A model generated the notes under the pieces. That model was not told the DNA's origin, ran no database searches, and worked only from the letters and a program-made list of their open reading frames with translations. Positions 1-8,800 of a stretch of 56,143 bases of DNA are shown here, in pieces. Location of the stretch: positions 1 through 56,143 of the IMG/VR virus record IMGVR_UViG_3300019766_000013; one strand, written 5' to 3'. Source of the DNA: a virus (taxonomy: Duplodnaviria > Caudoviricetes). The position numbers and the translations under genes were made by a program. Each line of letters begins with the position of its first letter. Positions within the stretch are counted from its first letter, which is position 1.

Positions 1-284
1 CCAACACTACTTGCTATGGATACAATAGGAGCACTTCCAAATGTATCATATGGATAAACTCCCCCACCTTCCCAGACATCTTCTGGATCTGTACCAACTG
101 TAATTAATGGATTTACTCCAAATTTATCTATTGCACTATATCCTGGAAGCATACCCATCGATATAGATAAATTAGGATCTTGTGCCATTAAAACAGGAAT
201 ATTTATATCATTACCATTTTCATCTACACCTGTTTTAATAGTTCTAAACTCATATCCGCTTAAATGTATATCTCTTGCTTTCAT
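1..284 (-). CDS. Partial phage hypothetical (probably virion-associated) protein running off the window edge; not in the ORF track
   Basis: ATG at 284-282, frame open to position 1: MKARDIHLSGYEFRTIKTGVDENGNDINIPVLMAQDPNLSISMGMLPGYSAIDKFGVNPLITVGTDPEDVWEGGGVYPYDTFGSAPIVSIASSV. Confidence 0.75.
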   Translation of the reverse strand, partial: MKARDIHLSGYEFRTIKTGVDENGNDINIPVLMAQDPNLSISMGMLPGYSAIDKFGVNPLITVGTDPEDVWEGGGVYPYDTFGSAPIVSIASSV

Positions 285-291
285 AACATTG

Positions 292-408
292 TGTTTTTAA
301 AAAAAGGGAGTTAGCATTCACTCCTACCTCCCTTTTTCATATTATTTATCTTCAAGGCTTCATTTAGCCTTTATTTTCTTTTAATTTCAACTTAATCCAA
401 GCTGTATC
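292..408. repeat. 117-bp direct repeat, copy 1 (copy 2 at 56027-56143)
   Basis: Base-by-base identity from tgtttttaaaaaaagggag to ccaagctgtatc at offset 55735; the flanks to the left differ. Confidence 0.97.
301..337 (-). terminator. Intrinsic terminator-like hairpin after 364..1161
   Basis: AAAAAGGGAG...CTCCCTTTTT inverted repeat with A/T tails on both sides. Confidence 0.75.
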
Positions 409-1161
409 GTTTTTCTTTGGATTTGGAACATTTTTTCCAAATGCATTAAAATACATTTCACCAAGAGTAGCTGCATCATCAGGAAGATCATCTTTTTCTT
501 CAGGAGCACCACCTTCAGAATCATCGTCTTTAGTTTGATTGCTTGCAATAAATGCTTTCGCATCAAAGTTAGAATCAGCAAGAGAACTTAAAAAAGCTAA
601 GTTATTAGTAAACTCTCCAGGTATTGGCTCACCATACTTTTCTTCGTATAGTTTACGTGCAGCTTCTGCCTGTTCTTCCATAGTCTTTTGAACATCTCTT
701 ACATCAAGAGGAATAGTTTTTGCTTCTCCTGTCTGAATTTGAACACCCGTTTTAGCGATAACATGAATTCTATATTCTTCAGTCAAAACTTCAACTGGTT
801 TGTTTCCATCAAAAGGAAGATTTATTGCAGCAAATAGATTTCTAAGAGCCATCTTTTTTGCATCTAAAGGAGTAACGTCAAAACGTTCTTGTTTTCTTTT
901 TCCTTCTGGATCATCCTTGTTTACAAAAAGTTTTCCATATCCAGTATCCTGATATAATGCTTTGATTTCAGCTTCATCAGAAGTACTATATTCGGCAGCT
1001 TTTAAACGTGCATTTTTAGTACGTTCCTTTTCACTTACCTTATGTTCTGTGGTAAATGTAATCATCTTATGAAAGATTTTTTGTTCTTTATCTTTCATAA
1101 ATAGTTTCAAAAAATAACGAAACGGTTTTGTCTGCAAGAGTACGAATGTTTGTCTTTTCAT
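364..1161 (-). CDS. Hypothetical protein downstream of the major capsid gene (start may be Met at 1098)
   Basis: 265-aa ORF in the structural operon; acidic linker and a short C-terminal helical domain. Confidence 0.75.
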   Translation of the reverse strand: MKRQTFVLLQTKPFRYFLKLFMKDKEQKIFHKMITFTTEHKVSEKERTKNARLKAAEYSTSDEAEIKALYQDTGYGKLFVNKDDPEGKRKQERFDVTPLDAKKMALRNLFAAINLPFDGNKPVEVLTEEYRIHVIAKTGVQIQTGEAKTIPLDVRDVQKTMEEQAEAARKLYEEKYGEPIPGEFTNNLAFLSSLADSNFDAKAFIASNQTKDDDSEGGAPEEKDDLPDDAATLGEMYFNAFGKNVPNPKKNDTAWIKLKLKENKG

Positions 1162-1196
1162 TTTATATATATTTTAGTTAATAATTTTAAGATTGA

Positions 1197-1220
1197 GGAC
1201 AGGAGCCTAAGCTCCTATCC
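1197..1220 (-). terminator. Hairpin after the major capsid gene
   Basis: Minus strand GGATAGGAGC-TTAG-GCTCCTGTCC; weak U tail. Confidence 0.5.
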
Positions 1221-1240
1221 ATAAAAAGAATGATCAAGCA

Positions 1241-2758
1241 TTACGCTTTCACTTGCATTATAAAGTGAGTATCTGTATTCCTTACCACTAAACCACAAGT
1301 CTCTACCATATCAATTGATTTAGCATCTGACTCACGTAATTTCCAAAGATCTACTTGAGTTTGTCTAAATGGTTGGAAAACAAATTTATCTACAAATTGC
1401 ATATCTAATAAGAATCCTCTATCTCTAAAATCTGATTGATCCATTAAAGGAGCATACATTACATTAATAGTTCCAAAGAAACTGTATAAAACTGTAAATG
1501 ATAATCCATATACTGTGTCATAGTCTTTTTGAACAAATCTAGTAGAGTCATTCATCACTCCCTTATTAAGAGAACTAATAAGCTCTGAACCAGCAAATAA
1601 ATAACGAGTATCTGAACCGTTGTTACCTATTCTCATTTGTTTTGTAAAGTCCACTATATCTGTTTCAGTAATAGTTGTATTTCCACCACCTGTACCATAT
1701 TCAATAAATTGATCTATATATTGTGTTAATCCACCAGTTGTAATGATATCTTCTGAACCACCTGCAGGAGGAGTAACAGTAAATTTAGATCTTACACCAA
1801 ACATAAATGCGAACTCTTGTCCATATCTAAAGTCCTGTAATGCAAGGTTAGTTATTAATGAGAATGAATAGTTAGTAAATAACTGTGTCATCATTAACCA
1901 ATTTGAATACACTACTGATGTAATAAATTTTTGTGCATAATTGTAGTCACTTACAGGAGATTGCATTACTGCTGCATTTTTAACACTTAACTCTGAGTGA
2001 GCTGTACCCATTCTTGTTAGTTTATCATCAATAGCAATAGCAGGAATATTTTCTGCTCCTTCATTTGCGATAGACACAACAGAAACAGTGCTTGTTCCTA
2101 TATTTACATCATTTACGAAAAGAACTAATTCTTCTCCAGGACCATAAGTTTTATCCTGTACTTTTAAAAGACAGTTTCTTGTCCACATCTTGATGTTATT
2201 AACAGTAAATGTACCAGTAGTTGCACCACCTGCAAAAGCACCCGTAGCTACGTCTTGGAAAGGAATTACTGCAATTTCACCCCAATTAAGCTTATAATTA
2301 GCAATTGATTCATTGGTGAACTGCGTATAATTTTTCATTCGCTCCTGATCGATAGCATACTTTTGATTAAATCTTGTTTTTCCGTCAGGTGTCTCTATTA
2401 AGTAATCAGGTAATTTTCCTCCATTTCTTCCAGCATATGAAGCTGCTTCAGCTTTTGCTAAACCTCTAACACCGTCTAATGTTTTCTGAGTTAAAAATGT
2501 ACTTATAGGGAAATTCGCAGGACTTACTAGAACTAATATCTCTAACCATGCTGGAGCAATGAAATCACTTGCATTACTTTCCATTGTAGCAAGATCATTT
2601 ATATCTTGAAATATTTCACCAGGAGCTGCTGTTCCTTGACCAGGGTCTATCCCATCTATATTAACTCCAAACGGAGAAAGGTTATTACTCATCATTTGAG
2701 GAGTAACCGCTAGCACTGCAAAAAGTACTAATAATAAACATTTAATAAATTTTTTCAT
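1241..2758 (-). CDS. Major capsid protein (HK97-fold, SU10/DUF5309-like)
   Basis: 505 aa, directly after a scaffold-like gene; motifs NYAQKF, EFAFMFG, TTGGL and YG...YSFFGTINV..PL are typical of this capsid family. Confidence 0.8.
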   Translation of the reverse strand: MKKFIKCLLLVLFAVLAVTPQMMSNNLSPFGVNIDGIDPGQGTAAPGEIFQDINDLATMESNASDFIAPAWLEILVLVSPANFPISTFLTQKTLDGVRGLAKAEAASYAGRNGGKLPDYLIETPDGKTRFNQKYAIDQERMKNYTQFTNESIANYKLNWGEIAVIPFQDVATGAFAGGATTGTFTVNNIKMWTRNCLLKVQDKTYGPGEELVLFVNDVNIGTSTVSVVSIANEGAENIPAIAIDDKLTRMGTAHSELSVKNAAVMQSPVSDYNYAQKFITSVVYSNWLMMTQLFTNYSFSLITNLALQDFRYGQEFAFMFGVRSKFTVTPPAGGSEDIITTGGLTQYIDQFIEYGTGGGNTTITETDIVDFTKQMRIGNNGSDTRYLFAGSELISSLNKGVMNDSTRFVQKDYDTVYGLSFTVLYSFFGTINVMYAPLMDQSDFRDRGFLLDMQFVDKFVFQPFRQTQVDLWKLRESDAKSIDMVETCGLVVRNTDTHFIMQVKA

Positions 2759-2789
2759 AACTATGTTTTTTTTAATAATTCAACTTTAA

Positions 2790-3677
2790 TTAACCTTTAC
2801 GCTTACGACTACCTATACTTGTTATATCAACCGCAGGGGATTGATATGCACCCATAGACCCCATACCAGGAATATCTTTAGGTTGTGAAGTAGTAGGTGT
2901 TTTAACTTTACTAAGAGCAGCATCTACTGAAGCTTGGTCTGGAAGTATTTCTTTTGCTTCCTGATTACCTATCTGTTCTTTCAAACTTTGAGTATCAGGA
3001 TCATAATTCAGCATCTTATCCACTTCAGAATATTCATCTTCAGTCAATATTCCATCTGCCATTACTTTATACAAATCAAAAACTTTTTGGAATAATTCAT
3101 TTTTACGAGCTTCGTCATATCCCATTTTAGCAGCATAAGCCTCACCTGCTTCTAGGGATTTTTGAAAGTTAGCATCGTACATTGCATCTTCTTCCTCAGT
3201 TTTCTTTTTACTAGCAAAATTATCAGCTAATTCTCTTTGTGCACCTTCGTAATCTTCACTCTCTGCGAGTTGTTGAATTTTCTCAATAGGAATATTTCTA
3301 ACAATAGCGACTTCTACTGATGGTGTTTTACCATCTTCTTTTTGGTCTGCCATATCATCTAGAATTGCTTTCCAATCTGGATCCTCGAACAAATCACGGA
3401 CAAATTTTAATTGCTCAATCAAATAACTAATTGAACCACGTAATGCTTCTGGAACTTCCGTAATTTCACCTTTGCCCCCTTTTTCTTGATCCATAACATT
3501 TAGAAGCATTAGGATATCGCTAATATCTCCCGCATCTGGAATCTCTACTTTAGACTTATCCTCTACAGGTGCTGCAGTAGTTGTTTTTTTAACATCGACT
3601 TTAGGGGTCTTCTCTTCTTCGTTTACGGTTACTGATTTTTCCTTAGTAACTTCAATATCTTTATTTTCTTCTGCCAT
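2790..3677 (-). CDS. Putative capsid scaffolding protein
   Basis: Acidic, helical, low-complexity N-terminus, basic C-terminus, immediately upstream of the MCP. Confidence 0.6.
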   Translation of the reverse strand: MAEENKDIEVTKEKSVTVNEEEKTPKVDVKKTTTAAPVEDKSKVEIPDAGDISDILMLLNVMDQEKGGKGEITEVPEALRGSISYLIEQLKFVRDLFEDPDWKAILDDMADQKEDGKTPSVEVAIVRNIPIEKIQQLAESEDYEGAQRELADNFASKKKTEEEDAMYDANFQKSLEAGEAYAAKMGYDEARKNELFQKVFDLYKVMADGILTEDEYSEVDKMLNYDPDTQSLKEQIGNQEAKEILPDQASVDAALSKVKTPTTSQPKDIPGMGSMGAYQSPAVDITSIGSRKRKG

Positions 3678-3789
3678 GGCTTTCAGTTAATTTGTTATAG
3701 CGTAATATATAAACACAAAATAAAACAAAAACCAAATTCAAATCATAATTATTATATGCCAAATAAGTGCATATTGCGTTTATTTGTTG

Positions 3790-3807
3790 TATATATATAT
3801 ATATATA
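3790..3807. repeat. (TA)9 microsatellite in the divergent promoter region
   Basis: tatatatatatatatata at 3790-3807. Confidence 0.9.
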
Positions 3808-3822
3808 AAACCTTCTATCAAA

Positions 3823-3830
3823 TATCTTTG
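3823..3830 (+). promoter_or_regulatory. Bacteroidota -7 promoter box for the ejection-protein operon
   Basis: TATCTTTG matches TAnnTTTG, just upstream of the ATGs at 3843/3849. Confidence 0.6.
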
Positions 3831-3842
3831 AAAAAAAAACAT

Positions 3843-4682
3843 ATGCATATGAAAATTCTACAATTTATTTTAGATTCTATTGTCAGTATCTTATTTACTT
3901 CTGCTGATCCTAATTTATTTGGTTCTCGAAAGAGACGTAAAGAAAAGGCTAAACTCGCTAAAGAATTTAAAGGATTCGCTACAGAAGCACAGAGAGATAT
4001 TGATGTATTGAAAGCAACAAATCCATTTGAAAGTGCAGCAGCTAAATCTGCTATGGCTACCTCTGCTCGGAAAGCAAAGCAAATGCAACAACGTTATGCT
4101 AATATCTTAGGAGGTCAAGCAACTCCTGAATCTCTAATAGCAGCCCAAGGAGCAACACAAGAAGCTATAGGAGCAACTGCTGGAGATATTGCTACAGGTG
4201 CAGAAGCATTAAGAGCAGGCGAAGTTGCACAACTTAGATCTGAAAAAGCTGGATATAGAGGGCAGTACGGACAAATGAAAAAGAGTTCCATAGAAGAAAG
4301 AGGTTCAGGATGGAGAGATTTCTTTCAAACTGTATTACCTGCTGTCGGAGGAATGATGGAAGGTGGAGGAAGTGCTATGAGTAGTATGGGTGGTATGGGA
4401 GGTATGGGAGGTGCTGCAAGTGGAGGTGCTGCAAGTGGAGCAGCCGCAGGTTCAAGTGGAGCAGCATTGGCTGCATTATCCGACAGAAGAGCAAAAGAAA
4501 ATATTCATTTCATTGGTGAACTTCAAGGAAGAAGAGTCTATAAATATAATTTTATAGGTTATCCTGCTACTGTTATAGGTGTTATTTCACAAGAGATTGA
4601 GAAAACAGATCCTGATATGGTTATAGATGTTGATGGTTTTAAAAAAACATTCTATGACAAAGTTTTTAAAACAGTAAAATAA
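3843..4682 (+). CDS. Putative DNA ejection/pilot protein with C-terminal peptidase S74-like chaperone domain
   Basis: Ala/Gln coiled region, Gly/Met/Ala-rich tract, then SDRRAKENI...VYKYNF...GVISQEIEK..PDMV; start moved from 3756 because the promoter box lies downstream of it. Confidence 0.7.
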   Translation: MHMKILQFILDSIVSILFTSADPNLFGSRKRRKEKAKLAKEFKGFATEAQRDIDVLKATNPFESAAAKSAMATSARKAKQMQQRYANILGGQATPESLIAAQGATQEAIGATAGDIATGAEALRAGEVAQLRSEKAGYRGQYGQMKKSSIEERGSGWRDFFQTVLPAVGGMMEGGGSAMSSMGGMGGMGGAASGGAASGAAAGSSGAALAALSDRRAKENIHFIGELQGRRVYKYNFIGYPATVIGVISQEIEKTDPDMVIDVDGFKKTFYDKVFKTVK

Positions 4683-4688
4683 AATAAT

Positions 4689-5834
4689 ATGCCCTTATTA
4701 GATAACAAAGACAAACGCAAGGAACGTCAAGAAAAAAAAGATATTAAACTTGGTGAACAAGTTACATCTGAAGCAAAAGGATTTGGTGTAAACTTGGATA
4801 AACCTCCTATTGATGTTGGTCCAATGAGTTCTGAAAGGAAAGCAGCTATAGATAAAAGAATTAGCGAAGCTGCTCAAGAAGACCTTAGAGAAGGACTTGG
4901 TAAATTTCAACAATTAAGGAAGGCTCCTGAAATTGCAAGACCAGAAGCTCTAGATAAAGAACGACTAAAACAAAGTTTACGTAGAGAAAAAAGAGCAAGA
5001 ATAGGAGATATACTTACATCTTTTGGAAGAGGTTTACAAAGAAAGTCCACTGACCCTTCTATGTTACAAGCTCCTAGAATACGTAAAGAAAGAGAAGCAA
5101 TGTATGAAAAATACAAAAGTGCATCTCAAGGGGCTAAGCAAAGACTATCAGAATGGGAATCTAAATATACAGATGAACAGATTGCTTATCTTGAAGGTAA
5201 GCTTAAAGATAAAAGTGTATCACCTCTTGAAAAACAGAAAATAAAACTTATCAAGGCTCAAATTGAAAAAACAAAAGCTGAAACTGCATGGAAACGAAGA
5301 CAACCAACAACGGGTGGTATGGAGAAACTTGGTGAAGGTGAATTTCGTTTAAAAGGAAGTACACCTTATACTTCACTTCTTTATTCTCTTACAGATAAAC
5401 CTGAAACTTTATTTCCTCCATTAAAAGGAGATAAGACTTATACTCCTTCTCTCAAAGAAGATAGAGCTAAACAGGTCCTTCTTCAAATGTATGATATTAA
5501 ATCAGATGCTAAAGGTAATCCATATTTAAGCCCTAAAGAAGGTAAAGAAGGTTATCTTGGAACAGTAAGTGAGGATATTGAAAGACAGAAAAGATTAGTC
5601 CCTATAGAAGATAGATTATATATGGCTAGAATGGAATTAGAACAGATGGGGGAACAAGGAACAGCCGGATATGAATTTATCGATAAACCTAAAAGAGAAA
5701 AATTAGTCCAAGAAATTAAAGATTTAGAAGCCGAAAAGGCATCTATCCTTGAACAAGAGTCTACTCCTGCTCCAAAACCAACACCAGGAGCAACAGAATT
5801 AACAACAGAAGAAGACGAACTTTGGGAATCATAA
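4689..5834 (+). CDS. Putative internal virion/ejection protein
   Basis: 381-aa charged helical protein between the pilot-like gene and the giant gene. Confidence 0.55.
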   Translation: MPLLDNKDKRKERQEKKDIKLGEQVTSEAKGFGVNLDKPPIDVGPMSSERKAAIDKRISEAAQEDLREGLGKFQQLRKAPEIARPEALDKERLKQSLRREKRARIGDILTSFGRGLQRKSTDPSMLQAPRIRKEREAMYEKYKSASQGAKQRLSEWESKYTDEQIAYLEGKLKDKSVSPLEKQKIKLIKAQIEKTKAETAWKRRQPTTGGMEKLGEGEFRLKGSTPYTSLLYSLTDKPETLFPPLKGDKTYTPSLKEDRAKQVLLQMYDIKSDAKGNPYLSPKEGKEGYLGTVSEDIERQKRLVPIEDRLYMARMELEQMGEQGTAGYEFIDKPKREKLVQEIKDLEAEKASILEQESTPAPKPTPGATELTTEEDELWES

Positions 5835-5864
5835 AATAAGACCTATTTAAAAAGGCAAGAAATT

Positions 5865-8800
5865 ATGGCTAAAAAACAAAATAAAAAAAGCCTTATGGAA
5901 GACATGAAGGCTTTAAAAAAAGAAGATAGAGTACAACAACAACAACAACAACCAACAGGTATAAAATCCTTTCTGCAAGATGCCTTAAAAAGAACAGGTA
6001 ATACTTACTCCGAAGAAAAAGCCAATAAGCTTTTATCTAAATTCAATCATAACTATGATGCTGTTATAGATTTCGCAGGAAATAAAGCTGGCATAAAAGA
6101 CAAAGATAAATTTAGAGAAGGTGTATATGATAGGTATAAAATAACTAAACCTAGTGATGAATTTATGGCTGAGATAGATTTTATCAAAAAGCCTATATCT
6201 GCAGATCAGGAAGCAGGCTATGATAAATATCAACAACTACAAGATGATTTAACGCTTGCTCAGTCTATGGCAACGCGTCTTCAACCTAAAGAAAAGCCAC
6301 TGCCTATAATGGAAGAAAAAACAGTTGCTAGAGATGTTACAAGGATGGAACAACCTCAATTGACTGATGAATTTCTTTCTCCAGAAGCTCTTCAAGAAAG
6401 AGAAGATGAAGCTCATATGCAAACACGTATGTTTAACATTGGTAAAAAAGTCGATGAAATAAACAAAGCAATTGCAGAACAAGGAGAATTAAATAAAAAG
6501 AAATTTGGTTTTGTTTCCAAAGAACACGAAGGAGTAAGAAAACAATTCGACAAATACTCTTCCATATTACAAAAGGCTATTGATGAAGGAGAGGAAAAAA
6601 GGCTAACTGCACAACAAGAAGCTACAGGACTACAAGCTCAAGCAGGAACTGCATATCAAAGAGCTATGCCTTCCATGCCATATTTAAAAGCTGATAGAGA
6701 GAAAATAGACAACTTAAGAGGTATTAAAGACCTATATGGTAAGATGGGTAAAATACTAAGTTCTCCACATGGGAAAGACTTTGGTTCTCAAATGAGTGGT
6801 CTACTGCATGGATTTAGCGATAACTTCTTTACAAGAGATTTTGCTACTCTTGGATTGAATGAAATGTCAAGATTAATGAGTGTAAAGGATGCATTTGAAG
6901 CACAAAAGAAATTAGAGGAAGAAGGAAAGACACAAGAAGAGATTGCAGAATTAATGCCAGAAGAACAAAAGGCATTATTAGATACATATGAACTATTTCT
7001 TAATATACAAGCTGGTAATAAAGGAAACTTTGGTTCAGTAATAGGAGAGGGATTAAAAGAAATGATTCCTTTCATAGCTCAATTTGCTGCAACCGGTGGT
7101 GTTGGAACAGGTGTAAAGAAGATGGTGAAGGAATTTGTAGAAAATAAAACTAAAAGTGCGGTTGCTGGTCGCTTAGCAGGTGCAGTAGCCAAACCATTAG
7201 CACAAGCTGCCGCTATGATTCCTGCTGAACTACAAAACTATGCTCAGAGAGTAGCCCCTACTATGGATGAAGGAGGAAAGTTAATAGAAGGTGCTGAACC
7301 TCTTAATGCTGCATTCAAAGCATACCTAACTACTATAGCTGAGGTAGCAGGGGAAGATGTTGGTGTGTTTGTTAATAAATGGGCTAACAAAGCTGCTAGG
7401 AAAAACTTTATGAAGCTTATTGCAAGTAATCCTACTAAGGCACAGGAATTTCTTGGTAAGATATCATTAGCTCTTACAAGAGAAACAAACTTTCCTGGTA
7501 TCCAAGGTTTTGTATTTGAAGGACTAGGAGAAGAAGCTACAGGTATAATGCAAGCATCTATAGATCAAGATGGAAGTTTCTTTACCCCAGAAGCACAAGC
7601 TCAACTATGGGGAATGTCTTTTATGGCTAGTGGTACTTTTGCTACATTATCCGCACCAAGCAGAATAGCAACCAGAAGAAATTATAATAAAGCACAGGAT
7701 TTATTAAATGATATACCTAACGAAGAATACTCTAAAGCAATAGAAGATGTTGCTATGAACTATCAAGAACCGCTTGAAGCAATTGAAGCTCTTGATGCAG
7801 TAAGTAAGGAATTTAAAATATCTCAAGAGGATTATTACAAAGCAAGGAACTTTATAGGAAATTCAGTAAGGTATAATCAAATGAATACCGCTAGGGCTAT
7901 TCAGGTTGAGCAGCAAATAGCACAATCTAAAGGAAGTGATGGTAATGTTACATTAACTAGGTACAATGGAGAACCATATAGTATAAGGAATCCTCAAGAC
8001 TTGGGTAAAGAAGGTAGGGTTATATTTCTTAAATCAAGTGATGGATCTAAGGTGATACCTGTTATTAGTTCTAAGGTAACAGAATGGGAATCGAAGACAC
8101 CGGAGCAAATTACTGATGAGCAGGTATCTGGACAAGATGCTCAGGATGAAACACTGGAACAAGAACAACAGATTCAAGAAGAAGCTGCTCAAAAAGGATT
8201 AATAGAAGGTAATACGGTAGAGACTCCTCTTGGAAAAAGAACTCTTGTATCTATTAATCCTGATGGCTCGGCTATTGTAGAAGATACAAAAGGAGAACAG
8301 GCAACTGTTAATTCACATGAAATAGAAGCATACAAAACCCAAGAACAAAAGGATGCTGAAAAGCTGAAGCAAGAAACTGATATGCCTTTAATGGAAGGAA
8401 TTGAAGAAGGTACTGAGATAGTATCTGATGAACCATTGACAGAGGACTCAGATATTAGAGTAGTAGATTTTGCCAATGGACAAAGTAAGATAATTACTCC
8501 AGAAGGAGAACAAGTCTTTAATTCACAAGAAGAACGTGATATTGCTATTCAAGAATTAGTTTCAAGTGAATTAGAAGCTACAGAAGAGAATATAGATGAA
8601 ATGCCTCCTGAGCAAGCCTTCTCGTTAATGCTTAAAGATGATCCAGATATAGCTAAAGAGATATTCTCTGAGGAAATAAGTGATGTAAGGAAACAAGCTG
8701 AAGAAGCAAGGGCACAAGTCAAAGAAACAACTTCTAGGAAACAAAAGCAGGATCTTCTATTGAAAGCTAAACAACTTGAAGCAGAAGCTGAAAGATTAGA

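Noticed and set aside
292-408. attL/attR of an integrated prophage
   Set aside because: There is no integrase, the repeat is part of a phage gene end plus terminator and runs to the contig end, and the left flank encodes a phage-like protein.
3756-3842. N-terminal extension of the pilot gene given in the ORF track
   Set aside because: It runs through the (TA)9 tract and the promoter box; a start at 3843 or 3849 is more plausible.
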